From contig NC_057719.1 in assembly GCF_004010195.1 (NCBI RefSeq), forward strand, positions 11,098,507 through 11,162,506: a stretch of 64,000 bases of DNA. Reading direction: 5' to 3'. Shown here piece after piece: positions 51,044 to 63,894 of the stretch. The notes beneath the pieces are model-generated. The model was not told the origin of the DNA. It saw only the letters and a program-made list of their open reading frames with translations, and did not search any database. The stretch comes from Chiloscyllium plagiosum. Its lineage: Eukaryota. The number at the start of each line of letters is the position of its first letter. Positions within the stretch are counted from its first letter, which is position 1. Made by a program: the position numbers and the translations under genes.

Positions 51044-51492
51044 GTTGAGCTATAGGGAGAGGCTGAACAGGCTGGGGCTGTTTTCCCTGGAGCATCAAAG
51101 GCTGAGGGGTGACCTTATAGAGGTTTACAAAATTATGAGGGGCATGGATAGGATAAATAGACAAAGTCTTTTCCCTGGGGTCGGGGAATCCAGAACTAGA
51201 GCGCATAGGTTTAGGGTGAGAGGGGAAAGATATAAAAGAGACCTAAGAGGCAGCTTTTTCACGCAGCGGGTGGTACGTGTATGGAATGAGCGGCCAGAGG
51301 ATGTGGTGGAGGCTGGTACAATTGCAACATTTAAGAGGCATTTGGATGGGTATATGAATAGGACGGGTTTGGAGGGATATGGGCCGGGTGCTGGCAGGTG
51401 GGACTAGATTGGCTTTGGATATCTGATCGGCATGGACGGGTTGGACCAAAGGGTCTGTTTCCATGCTGTACATCTCTATGACTCTATGACTA
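51044..51492 (+). mobile_element. Young HER1-like CR1 3' end
   Basis: ORF 50994-51407 (LSYRERLNRLGLFSLE...RGDLIEVYKIMRG); (CTATGACT) tail. Confidence 0.9.
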
Positions 51493-52165
51493 AGTTCAAC
51501 AATCCAACCACTCTCAGCAGAAGGATGATCTTTCTGTATTCCCCATTATATTAAATAGGAGAAGATGAAACACATTCACCTCAAGTTGCTTATATGGTTG
51601 CTTGTTAATTCTATAGGTGAAAAATACAGTGGTTAAAAATAGTTTCACTCACAGAATAAAATCCACAGTTTAGTTTGTGCAAACATTATCATTGTTGTCT
51701 TGGAGAGACTTTAAATTCTGAGGGTGGGAAGGAGAAAGCTATTCAATTCAAGGACAAACATTTTGTAGAAATTATTCTATATGTGTATTTTTTGTCAGCT
51801 CTTGCAGAAATTTGGGAGTACTTCCAATGCAGCTGCTTGCATTCATTTTGTGGAATGTTCCTCGGCTTCATTGGATCCAATTACTCAAACATTTTCCGAA
51901 ACATTCAGAGAGAAATACATTTACCAAACAGTTTCCACCAAAAGTCACCAATTTGTCACAAAAGATTGCACAATTTCCTATGATTATTTGTTATTTTCTG
52001 CTAACTTAAGGTGGTAATGACAGCCATGTTGGACAGCACAGGAAAACAACCACAGGAGTCATGAAGTGTGATTAATTCATTCCAGTAGCTCCTAACAAAG
52101 GAAGCTCACAAACTATGTACTTACTAACTTCTCTCATTTATTATGATCTGATGTTGCTACTGGAT

Positions 52166-52368
52166 ACTGGGTGTCAGTTAGCTGGATGTCTGATTCGTGA
52201 TGCCAACAGCATGGATTCAATTCCTGCACTGGCTGAGGTTACCATGAAGGATCCTTCTTCTCAACCTCTTCCCCTTGCCTGAGGTGTGGTGATCCTCAGG
52301 TTAAACCACCACTAGTCATCTCCCTCTGAGAGAGCAGACCACAGGGATAATAGTAACTTAAGCTTTTA
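52166..52368 (+). mobile_element. tRNA-derived SINE of a different family
   Basis: B-box-like ggattcaattcc and an internal cctgagg...cctcagg hairpin; a similar head occurs at about 47420-47480. Confidence 0.45.
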
Positions 52369-52997
52369 CAACTGGACAAGTCAGATCCAGAATGAAATGT
52401 GGCTTGATACTTTTTTTGGCTGAGTTAGTCAATGTGACAGTTACTCACTGAGTCATATTCACATGACATTGCAGATCTTAACAACATAACAGATGTTTAT
52501 TACATAAAGGTAGAAAAAGAAACAACCAAACTACCTAAATATAGAAGACAGTTGGCAAAATCTAATACATCAGCAAAAAATCAGTTTCCTGACACCATCC
52601 ATCACAGAGACTCAGGTCCAGTGAAGTCGATCACAGTTTCAACTTCCTCATGTTCTAATTACATGGGTCCTGACAGTTTATTTACTGCGGACTGTGGTGA
52701 CAATTCAATGAGTCTTTCCCAATCTGATGTAAACATTTGGAACATGCTCAGTTCCAGTAACCTGCAAATTTCTAACCAAGCTCTCCTGGTTTGGAAGATT
52801 CATCAACCCTTTTCTGAGGCGACTTGTTCCCTGAACTACTTTTCCAGAAAAGAAGATAAACTTACCTTGAGCACAACCTTGGTGTTTTCTGAACTGAATT
52901 AAATATTTTGTTCGATCCTAGATTCTTCTGAACTGAAAACAATAGCCAATCGCCTTACATGCTTTCCATCATAAACACAACTATATAAACATTTTAA

Positions 52998-54047
52998 ATA
53001 AAAACAGCAAGTGCTTAAAAAGCTCTGCCGGTCTGGCAGCATTGGTGGAGAGAGAAACAGAGTTAACATTTTGAGTCTGATATGATTCTTCTCCAGAACT
53101 GAAGGAGACTGGGAAATGATGATTTTTATGCTATTCTCAAAGGGGGAGCAGGAGCTCATGCAATAGACGGTAAGGTCAGTGGTAGGAGTTCACTGCAGAA
53201 GCCGTTCTGCCATTAACACCCATTCTTTATCTAAACCTCTCCTCTGCCACCATCAGCACACCTTTCACCTTTTGTTCTACGCACCTCACCATCTGTTCGA
53301 CTTGCTCATGTTCCCTCCACTTTGTCAACAGAATAAAAAACTTCATTTTCCATTTCTTCAGTTCTAAATGTGATGATACTATGGCTTTAAGAGGTTTGTC
53401 CTGGTTTTCTCTTTATGAGGATAGATTGAGACCGAAGTGCCGATTGATCTACCCAGAGCCTGGATTTTTAGTTTTAGTTTTAGTTTTTCAGTGATAGTCG
53501 CTGGGGTCTTGAAGCTGGGTTTGGAAGCTGCTGTAAATCTCTCCCTGCTACTCTCTCACTCAGAGTTTTCCCTTGATATTTTTTCTCCTGCACAGGAGAA
53601 TTCCATTTGAGACAATCTATTTTAATTAATTTACCTTAGCCAAGGGAGAGTTTATGGGATGTTGGAACAGTTACTGTCTAATATTCTATTATTCTGTGAA
53701 GTTTTCCAATAGAGTTAAGCTATTCCAATTTCTTTCTTTTGTTGTATTTTAACCATATTATCTGAATAAAGTGTGTTTTGCTTCAAGATTGGGAGTTTGA
53801 CCAATTGAAATGTATCTGAAATGCAATGCCTGGTACTTAACTTTAAAATATGCAAACGTTAGGCTGTAGGCTATCTTCTTAATATATTTTGAGGAGGTTT
53901 GGTCTGGTCCATAACAAAGGGGAGTATAATTGGACTGAAAACATTAACAATGTTTCTCTCTCCAAAAGTGCAACCAGAACTGCAAAGTTTCTCCAGCACT
54001 TTCTGTTTCTATTTCAGGTCTCCAGCATCCACAGCAGTTTGCTTTTG
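52998..54047. mobile_element. Penelope inverted remnant split by a solo LTR
   Basis: 52998-53160 (minus) is complementary to about 53350-53368 plus 53917-54047 (plus). Confidence 0.55.
53369..53916 (+). mobile_element. Probable solo LTR
   Basis: TG...CA termini (tgtgatg...cataaca), internal AATAAA at about 53765, and it interrupts a Penelope terminus; TSD unclear. Confidence 0.5.
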
Positions 54048-54472
54048 AGAGTACACATCTTTTGATTAACACAAAGGATTCTGTAGGCACCTGCTATCTA
54101 ACAATGGTTAGATCAGATCACTGGTCTAGAAGGACTCTCTGACCTTTCTTTTTAAAAGGAAACTCTTCACAAAAGAAACTGGCATCCTTCTGCCTCTACT
54201 TTCAAATCCAAATTTCAAAAAAAAAATAAAATAATACACCTTCATCGCAGATTGCTATGTACAGCCAAAGTCACCATAGCCAATGAGTGACTATTGCGAT
54301 GCCACTGTGCTTTTGGGGAAAACAGTATCTATTGTGTTGGGATGACGGTTCCTTTAAGAATTAGGTTTTGTCTGGAAGATGATTTCTTGGAAAAGGCAAA
54401 TTGCTTCCAGTAAAAGGTCATGTGACCAAGCCACTTGGAAAATAAAAAGTAATAATGCAAAAGGTCAACAAG

Positions 54473-54871
54473 AAGGCTGAGGCACTTGGGGCTATTTTCA
54501 TTGAAGAAAAGAAGGTTTAGGGGTGACTTGATAGAGGTGTACAAGATGATTAGGGGTTTAGATAGGGTTGACCGTGAGAACCTTTTTCCACATATGGAGT
54601 CAGCTATTACGAGGGGGCATAGCTTTAAATTAAAGGGTGGTAGGTATAGGACAGATGTTAGGGGTAGATTCTTTACTCAGCGAGTCGTGAGTTCATGGAA
54701 TGCCCTGCCAGTAGCAGTGGTGGACTCTCCCTCTTTATGGGCATTTAAACGGGCATTGGATGGGCATATGGAGGATAGTGGGCTAGTGTAGGTTAAGTGG
54801 GCTTGGATCGGCGCAACATCGAGGGCCAAAGGGCCTGTACTGCGCTGTATTTTTCTATGTTCTATGTTCTA
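54473..54871 (+). mobile_element. Young CR1 3' end
   Basis: ORF 54486-54791; (TTCTATG)n tail; sibling of 30914-31255. Confidence 0.9.
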
Positions 54872-55328
54872 GGAAGTTAATTACAGGGGTGAATGAAATA
54901 CCAGAAGGAGTTAATTCCTGGGTCTGGATCTATTTTCATGCAGTTTAGTTTAGATCAAGCTGAATGCAGGAAACATTCCTTTCCAACAGAATTCAGCTCA
55001 AACTCTGTGCACCAGCTAAAAGGGCTTAAAACGCATGGTAACTCAAATGTCCAATGGGACAGCCAAGCTAAAAGAGAGAATGAGAGATGTTTTCCATGGT
55101 GCAAGATGTCAAAGTTAAAGAACATTGGAACCTGGAAATGTCTGACCCAAGTTGGCTACAATTATGATGATGGAGGGACTAGGAGTCCATGCCATGGGAT
55201 GCTTAGAGAAAATAAGAAAGGAAAACCCTACCAGACGTAAGCAGCAAGTCCAAGAAATCTCAAGCCAAATACAACTCTTTGAAATAGTACTTAGACCAAG
55301 TGGCTAATCTTCCAATTCTTGATAAATG

Positions 55329-55652
55329 ATTAGATTAGACAGATTAGACTCCCTACAGTGTGGGAACAGGCCCTTCGGCCCAACCAGGCCACACCGACCC
55401 TCCAAAGAGTAACCCGTCCAGACCCATTTCCCTCTGACTAATGCATCTAACACTATGGGCAATTTAGCGGCCAGTTCACCTGACCTGCACATCTTTGGAC
55501 TGTGAGAGGAAACCGGAGCACCCAGAGAAAACTCACGCAGACATGGGGAGAATGTGCAAACTCTACACAGACAGTCGCCCAAGGCTGGAATTGAACCTGG
55601 GTCCCTGGTTGTGTGAGGCAGCAGTGCTAACCACCAAGCCACCGTGCCATCC
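55329..55652 (-). mobile_element. HE1-type V-SINE
   Basis: Full head, V-domain and tail on the minus strand. Confidence 0.9.
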
Positions 55653-55749
55653 AAGTACCTTACTTGAATTTTGAGTGAGTGACAAATGGGTGTAGAAGAA
55701 AGTATGGCTTAAGAAGTTCAGTAACGGAGTTCATTGTACAAGTTATATA

Positions 55750-56068
55750 TTTAGATTAGATTCCCTACAGTGTGGAAACAGGCCCTCCAGCCCAACCAGT
55801 CCACACCGACCCTCCGAAGAGTAACCCATTCAGACCCATTTCCCTCTGAATGAGGCACCTAACACTACGGGCAATTTAGCACGGCCAATTCACCTGACCT
55901 GCACATCTTTGTGACTGTGGGAGGAAACCAGAGCATCGGGAGGAAACCCATGCAGACACGGGGAGAATATACAAATTCCACACAGACAGTCGCCCAAGGC
56001 TGGAATCGAACCTGGGACTCTGGTGCTGTAAGGCAGCAGTGCTAACTGCTGAGCCACTGTGCCGCCCC
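55750..56068 (-). mobile_element. HE1-type V-SINE
   Basis: Full head, V-domain and tail on the minus strand. Confidence 0.9.
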
Positions 56069-57822
56069 ATCTCTTTAATATAACTTCATATTGTAAGATA
56101 GAGAATAATTAATGTAAACCGAGTTCTCTAACTTTTGTGTGCTAAAATTATTTTGCTTAAATCCATGAAGAATGTGCCTTCATTCTTTTACTAAGCATTG
56201 GGTTTTCAGATTTCCAGTTATTCTAATGAGATAAAACTGTACATGCCTCAGCAAGACATGTAAGGTCATGTAAGGCTAGCAGCACCTAATACTAGCTCCC
56301 ATTATTTAAGCACAGCCTGCACCTGTAAAAGGGGAGGTGATTCTAGGCTGAAACAAGTACTGAAACTGTTTGTGAGGGAGTATGAAATGAGTGAATTATG
56401 ATGCAGGAAAGGACAGTGTGTACCCTAAGCTTCTATGATGCTATACTGGTGCTTTGTTGGTGATGTAAAGCAGAAGAGAGGTGATTAGCCAAAAGGGAGG
56501 CTAGAAATCCTTGCCGACAAAGACAGTAATCAGATAGCCATTGCAATCAATGTCAAGACTTAAGCCCTACGTGTCACAAAAACATCAGTGATTGTCTCAA
56601 AGCTGAGCAGTTTATGAGACATTGTGTGGGCTAATAGAAACGTAGAATTGCTTTCAACCACAACTTTCACCCTCACAGCCCAGAATACACCTCATCCCAC
56701 TGTTAATATCAAGCCAGGTGCTCACCCTGACTCAATGAGGGGCAAGACTGTGAAATATGGGAACATGGAAGAAAGCACTCTTCCCTAGGTCACAAAGGAA
56801 ACGGGCTCACACAGGAGAACGGTCAAACAAGAAAGCAAAACTGAGGCAAAAACGATTTTTAAAACATCCCTGAAATACAACATTAAGGACCAAGGGAGAT
56901 AAGAGGTCCATGAAATAGAGAAGAATCAAAGTCAGTCTTGACTACAAGCCCAGTGACAATGTTTGGATGAGTGAAAGACGTGCACTGAAAGCAGAGGGAA
57001 GACTGTGAAAAGGCACTCATGTTTTCTTTTGTCCCGTCACTTGTCGCTCTGAGTTCTCAGCAATAAAACCAAATTGTTTTCCCTGCTTCAATTTATACAA
57101 CAGCCACAAGTGCTCTGGGAAAGTCACCTGGCTGTATGACTGTGAATGATACTGATAACAGAGAAGAACAGCTCCACTCTGTTACATTACATCAGATGCC
57201 ACAGTAGTGGTTTTAAATTTCAGAATGCCTTCTTGTTCTGTCATTGCTTTAAGCACTTGATGTTACTGCCAATCGTCAATTGGACATATTCACAATACTT
57301 CAGGTTAACATTCAGGGCATTTAGCATATTGAATAATTCAGGTTTGGTGTTTGAAATGTTATAAGCTGGGGTTGCTCAGCAAGCTTAGATCATCAGTGGG
57401 TTGCCAGGCTTCCCAACACAGGTTCAAAGCCAAGGCCATGTGTGTCACCCACAGACAAACAATATGGCTCCTTGTCATTGGGATCTGTAATTTAACACTC
57501 TAGAATAGCCAAGAATTCAACATTTGCAGCAACTACTGAATTATAAAAAATAAACTTGCATTGATGCAACCATCTTTCATGATCTCAAGCCATTCCAAAG
57601 GATATCACTGTTGCTATTTCGGAAAGATGGCAGTTAGTTTGCACACAGCCAACTCCACAAGAACAATGTAATAATCACCAGATTATAGTGAGACAGATTG
57701 ATGAACAAATATCACTGGGGACTGCCATTCTTCAAAGTGTTGCCATAAGACCATTTAAGACCTCCTGATTTTTGTGTTCATGCCTCTACAGTGGGACTTT
57801 CATGCTACCTTAGTGTACTATA

Positions 57823-58224
57823 TTGTACGTACTCAAGTAAATAATCAAATTTTTTGGACTACTTTTTAAGGTTAAATTTAGCGGTCAACTTTTACATAGA
57901 TACTACATTTGAGTGCATGAAAATCATGCCTGTCAAAATTCATATTGTATCATTAGCAGAAGCCCAATTGATCTCTAAATGAATAGAGAAACAAAAACAA
58001 ATTACGGTAATTCTGAAAACCCTGAACGGAGGGTGGCGGCTGGCTGACTAGACGACCCAGACCAGAGCGCGACAGCTGATACACTGACTCATAAATGTTG
58101 CTCCATTATCTGTGAAGAACTAAGGTCAACTTTTACACAAGATATATGGAAAATTCCAGATTTTTTTACCAAAAATAGGAGGTTGACTTTTACATGAGAT
58201 CGGCTATTACTCAAGTATTTACAG
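57823..58224. mobile_element. Tc1/mariner-type non-autonomous DNA transposon
   Basis: TA-flanked imperfect TIRs ttgtacgtactcaagtaa / ttactcaagtatttacag, with a repeated subterminal motif (ggtcaacttttaca / ggttgacttttaca) three times. Confidence 0.6.
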
Positions 58225-59459
58225 TAATTTTGTCCTTGGCCATAGCTTAATCATATTAAACATAAGATATTGCACACAAGACAACATATATCCTACAAAT
58301 GCTCAGCAGGTCAGACAGCATCCTTTGAAAGAGGATTGTTAGTTAGTATTACTTTGTTAGTATTGAGGGCACAGCGGTCACTACTAAACTCAAAGAAAGC
58401 TGCCCCAAAGCTTAATTTTAACATTGCAGCTTTTCTCTCTTCTAACAACAGTTTGAATCTGGTGCCAAGACAAGAGAATTTCCAGCTATCGGCACACTGA
58501 TAAATGCTAATTGGAAGTATGGAACCAATCACACTCAAGCATTCTCACAGCGTGCAAACCAGAGCGTTAAAAGCACTGACTTGCTTTGATTTCAATTTAA
58601 ATACTGTGGATAATGAAATAAATTCTGCAAGTTAGATTAAGGCAGAATAAACTTCAAAGATGTTATTTTAAAAGGTGGATTTCTTTTTAAATTGTACTGG
58701 AGACCATTCCAGAATTAAAATGAGCTTTGCTCACTGGAAATCAAGTGCTACCCATCTACAAGGCAAACCAAATGTGTATGAACCTAATTAAAGTGCACAA
58801 ATCAATGTATCTGACTGACGCAATTTGGAACTCTGCTCCTATCGTACAGCAGGTTTCCCCACAAACTGAAGAACTACTTACTGGAGACATCTACATTTCA
58901 ACAAACTGCCAAAAGGTAAATTATTAATGACTAAACTACTGCTGTTAGACTTAAGTTATATTTTTTTTAACCCCAAATACACACTCATTCACAAATAACA
59001 CAACACAGAAATGGATTAATACAAATACTGTGTGTGTAGGGTAAAAAATACAGTCAGATAAAACATAGTTCTGTATCATAGGGCCCGCCACAAGAGTAGA
59101 ACCCTTTTGATTTATATCAATGTTGACACAATGTTGTCTGTCAAGCAATATACAATCTTTACTTCATTGTTTGATTGGTTGGACCAAAGGTCTTTCCTTT
59201 TTGTTTACATTTTTGTATTTTTGTTTCTTTCTCTGTCTCTGAATGTAGTTTTTCCTGATCTTTCAACAGAGTATGACAGAGCACTCTAGAGAAAAGGAAC
59301 ACAGAGATGTCATCACAGTTGGTTCCCGGAGGTTTCTGTTGTGATTTCACTCTCAGGATCTATGTTAAGCTGCAGCCATAACAATGCTGATCTGCCCTGA
59401 ACCCACAACTAATGGTACCAAGTTACCTGGACTTACTGCGCAGAAAAGAAATATTGGAT

Positions 59460-59623
59460 AAAAGCAAATTACTGCAAATGCTGGATTCTGAAACCAAAAG
59501 AGAAAATGCTGGATAAATCCCAGCAGGTCTGGCAGCATCTGTAAGGAGAGAAAAGAGCTGATGTTTTGAGTCTAACTGACCCTTTGTCAAAGCTTTTTCT
59601 AGCATTTTCTCTTTTGGTTTCAG
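59460..59623. mobile_element. Penelope-derived inverted remnant (related to about 15340-15445 and 52998)
   Basis: tctgaaaccaaaagagaaaatgct ... agcattttctcttttggtttcaga inverted arms; decayed core. Confidence 0.7.
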
Positions 59624-60009
59624 AGAAGAAATATTGCCTGACATGTATTACTTAGCTTCTTGTGTTTTTTTGCCCCAGGCTTTTTCTTCTTTTTAAAACA
59701 GTGTTTATTTTCCTATTTTAGTTAACCTGCCATTAGAAACCCAGTTATCGACAAGATATAATAATTTCAAGGGTTTTTACAAGAAGTCTAACGTTGTAGA
59801 AATAGAAATTCTTGTAAATTCATAGATATCTCATTCTGGGAATTGTCATGCCCAGTACAGCCATGTCATATGATGAAACTTCAGTCAATATTGAAAAGAT
59901 AGTCACAAACAAGATGGCTGCCTCAAATTCTGTAACTTTTGACCGGAGGTTGACAGTTGGGCGAAGAATTGAAAACAATGTAAGGGTGACAGTTAAATTA
60001 GGAGATTGG

Positions 60010-60370
60010 GATGTGACTTTATCAAAGTTTATAAAAATCAGGAGGGTATAGATAAGGTTCATGGAAGATATCTTAGGATGGGGGATTTCAAAACCAGGGG
60101 GCACATTTTTAAGGTGAGAGGAGACAGATTTAAAAAAGACATGAAGGGCAAATATTTTACACTGAGGGTAGTTTGAGTGTGGAATGAATTTGCTGTGGAA
60201 GTGGTGGATGTGGGTACAATTACAACATTTAAAAGGCATTTGGATAAGTACACGAATTGGAAAGGTTTGGTGGGATATGGGCCAGGAGCAGACAGCTGGG
60301 GCGCATTTAGTTTGGGATTATGTTTGGCATGGATTGGCTCTTTCCGTGCTGTATAACTCTATGACTCTAT
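60010..60370 (+). mobile_element. HER1-like CR1 3' end
   Basis: tttataaaaatcaggagggtatagataagg...gctgtataactctatgactcta. Confidence 0.8.
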
Positions 60371-60748
60371 TGCTTGCCATGTCCACATAGCATGTCACAC
60401 CCAATAAACAAATTGATATAACACAAAATTGATTCACTCCATATAATATCAAGAGGTATTTAAAAGAATGATCGTCACTGAATTCTCCCACTATCAACAC
60501 TCTGGAGGTTTCTATTGGTCGGACACAGAACTGGACCAGTCAAGAAAACATTGTGGTTACAAAAACAGGTCAGATCTAAGAATCCTGTGGCAAGTAACTC
60601 ACCTGTCTGCCTAATGCCTCTGCACTGACTACAAGAAATTAAACAGGAGTGTGATGAAGTATACTCTCTTCTTGCCTAAATAAGTAGAGCTCTAACAACA
60701 TTCAAGGAACTTAATAACATACAGGATAAAGCAGCTTGATTATCACTC

Positions 60749-60982
60749 TGAAATAACTGCACAGAGGCTGGTATCCTATCATGAAGTCACCCTTTATTTA
60801 AATGTGCAAAGTACATGGGGTCTGACAAGCCATCTCAGAGCCAGTACCTTGATTAAGAAGACCTTCTAAATCTTTTGTTTATTTCGGTCATCCAGAACTC
60901 CCTGATGGATCCAGGTTAACAACCCCCAATCAAGGATGTCATATTACATGAGATGCACCCAACCCTGGTTCTAATCATTACA
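60749..60982 (-). mobile_element. Short solo LTR inserted in LINE family B
   Basis: TG...CA ends (tgaaata...cattaca), near-perfect 5-bp TSD cactc/caccc, tttattt (AATAAA on the minus strand); host LINE sequence resumes on both sides. Confidence 0.65.
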
Positions 60983-61115
60983 CACCCCACCCACAATCTT
61001 CAACATTCACTTCCTCCACCAATGACACAGAGTGGTAGAAGTGCATACCGTCTTCAAGATGCACTGCAGTAATTCATCAAGTCTCTTTCGACAGCACCTT
61101 CTAAACACTCAACTG

Positions 61116-61436
61116 TGGGGCGGCACGGTGGTTCAGTGGTTAGCACTGCTACCTCACAGCACCAGGGACCTGGGTTCAATTCAGCCTTGGGTGACTGTGT
61201 GGAGTTTGTACATTCTCCCCGTGTCTGCGTGGGTTTTCTCCGGGTGCTCCAGTTTCCTCCCACCGTCCAAAGATGTGCAGGTTAGGTGAATTGACCATAC
61301 TAAATTGCCCATAGTGTTAGCTGCATTAGTCAGAGGGGAATGGGTCTGGGTGGGTTACTCTTCGGAGGGTCGGTGTGGACTTGTTGGGCCGAAAGGCCTG
61401 TTTCCACACTGTAGGGAATCTAATCTAATCTAATCT
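61116..61436 (+). mobile_element. HE1-type V-SINE
   Basis: ggggcggcacggtggttcagtggttagc head, V-domain and (TCTAA)4 tail. Confidence 0.92.
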
Positions 61437-61989
61437 ATCACCCAGGAGGACAAAAACAACATATACATTGGAACACCATCACTTTCAAATCTCCCGACAA
61501 GCCACATACAATTCTGAACCACTGTGCTGTTTTTTTTAACTGTTGTGTTAAAATTATGGAACTTCCTAACAGCACCGCAGAAGTACTTCTCCAGATAAGG
61601 ACAGCAGTGAGTCAAGAAGGCAATCACTACCCTCTTTGACAGGGAAATTAGAGATGGGCTGACCCAGCCAGCGACACTCCTGACATACTATAAACAAATA
61701 AAAAGCAAGGTGCTGCAACTGTTAGAAACTTGAAATATAAACCGAATGCTTGGTAAACCCAGCATTTTTGCATAAAATGCCTGGTTAGTTGACTTCTAAT
61801 TGCCAGAAGTCAAGAGATTCCTGTAGTCCTAACAAGTACATCGAACTCCTGCATGAAAACATTCAATGTTCTGGTCTCGAGCATTTCTGTGGCAGAAAAT
61901 TCCACAGACTAACCACTCCCGGGGTGACAAAATTTCTCCTTATCGCACACCTACCCTTCTCCTTGGAGTGTGAAGGTGCTTGACTCTAA

Positions 61990-62295
61990 AAGTATTGAAC
62001 TAAATGTCGAGTCCTGAAGGCTGTAAAGTCCCCACATTGAAAATGAGGTGTTGTGCTTCCAGTTTATGCTGAGCTGCACTGGAGCACTGCAGGCAAGCCC
62101 GAGACAGAGATGTTGGCCAGAGTACAAGGTGGTATGTTCAAGTGGCAGGCAGTGGGAAGCTCATGGTTATTTTTGCAGAAGAACATTGTTGTTCTTCAAA
62201 GTGATCGTCCAGTCTGCATTCCTTCCCCCAGTGTAGAAGAGACCACATTGTGAGCAATTAATACAGTAGACTAGATTGAGTTAAGTGCAGGCAAT
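61990..62295 (-). mobile_element. Penelope-like GIY-YIG endonuclease fragment
   Basis: Minus strand translates NLVYCINCSQCGLFYTGE and LEAQHLIFNVGTLQPSGL. Confidence 0.7.
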
Positions 62296-63590
62296 CCAGA
62301 TATGTTCTCACCAAGGCTCTGTACAATTGCAGCAAGATATCCTTGCTCCTGTACCTAAAGTCTCTCGCTATGAAGACCAGAATACCATTTCTCTTGTTCA
62401 CTGTCTGCATGCTTTCTTCCTGAAATAGAGATATAGAAAGAGAATGTATAGAAAGTGCTCACCAGCTGGGACAGCTTCCACATCGCTGGCCGAGATAAAG
62501 ACACTGATTATATGAAGAAACAACTGGCTGCTCCAATGGGAAGCCGGTACAGTTGATGGTCTCAGAAAGATACGATCAGTGGTAAACCTAAACCATCTTG
62601 TGATCACAAAACATAACTAACAGTCCAGCCATGTGAAAATCAGGGATTGAGCCAATGTGACTTGGAATCCATGGATTATGAGGTGGTAGCAAGACACTGA
62701 ACCATTTCAGAAGGAAATTAGAGGATACTCAAGGGAAATAAACGTGCAGGGCTACAGGAATAAAATGGCGGAAAGGGAGTCGCTGGTTGGTTCCACAGTG
62801 AAACGGCATGGATTTGATAGGCTCAATGGCCTTCTGCTGTGTCATGAGGTAAACACTTTAATAATATAGAAGAATGACTGAACAAATGAAAGGCCAATTA
62901 AAACAATAATTCTACCCATCAACCTCTTTCAAAGAGTCTACGACACATCCTGGCATGAAGGGAGAGAAAGAAATTCTCAGTGGCGGACAGCATGGGGATC
63001 ATTAAATCCAAACTATCGGCTTCTCCTAAGCACACCACGCTCACTACATATCACATCTCAAATTACTCAGATACTGAATCCCAAAATGTTATTCTCAAAA
63101 AAAACCTATCTAATTTGCATTTTAATTAATCAACATTTTCTGCTTCCACAGACTCCCTAGGGAGCCTGTGCCATAGATTTACTCACTGACTGAAATAATA
63201 TTTTCACAGATTAGTTTTGAATCTATCCCACTTCAAACACAGTCTGCATCCCTCTGGTTATGTAGCTCTGGTCAAGGTGAAAGGTCACAGTCCATATTTT
63301 AGTCCCTTTAAGATGTTTGAAAAAAATCGTAATTGTATCACCTTTTGACCTGCTCCCTTTCAGCCTGAACAGAGCCCATTTACTCCTCATAATAAAGTCG
63401 ATCTTTCTAGTCATACCACTCACTGTACCCCAATGCCACCAAGTCCCTGCTCCCTGTGAAACAAACTACAACTGGATTAATAGGAACTCACGCATACACC
63501 ACCGATCCATTGTGATGAATCAAGAAGTTTATCCCACATTAAGACAATGGAGTAAAGCAGCCCAAGGCATTTTGCAGGAAGATTCAAAAT

Positions 63591-63894
63591 GAGGTGGCAC
63601 AGTGGTTAGCACTACTGCCTCACATCGCCAGGGTTCTGGTTCAATTCCACCCTGAGGCAACTGTGTGTGGGTGGAGATTGCACATTCACCCATGTTTGCG
63701 TGGCTTGCCTCTGGGTGCCCCAGTTTCCACCCATAGTCCAAAGATGTGCACATTAAGTGGATTGGTCGTGGTAAATTGCCCATCGTGTCCAGGTGGAATA
63801 GTCATGGGAAAATGCAGGGTAGGGGGTTGGGATGCTTGTCAGAGGGTTAGTGTGGACTCGATGGGCCAAATGGTCTGCTTCATATGATTCTATG
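63591..63894 (+). mobile_element. Diverged HE1-type V-SINE
   Basis: ggtggcacagtggttagcactactgcctcaca head, V-domain and CR1-like tail. Confidence 0.8.

Noticed and set aside
52860..52935. Strong minus-strand donor AAG|gtaag as a possible upstream ADCK1 exon
   Set aside because: No frame resembles the expected upstream ADCK1 sequence; the same applies to the donor at about 43780.
196..63887. Many 60-160 aa ORFs in the six-frame track
   Set aside because: They are transposon fragments, antisense readings of SINEs/LINEs, or chance ORFs; none shows a host-protein motif except the ADCK1 exon.
8129..63894. tRNA genes at A/B-box motifs
   Set aside because: All belong to SINE heads and none folds into a complete cloverleaf.
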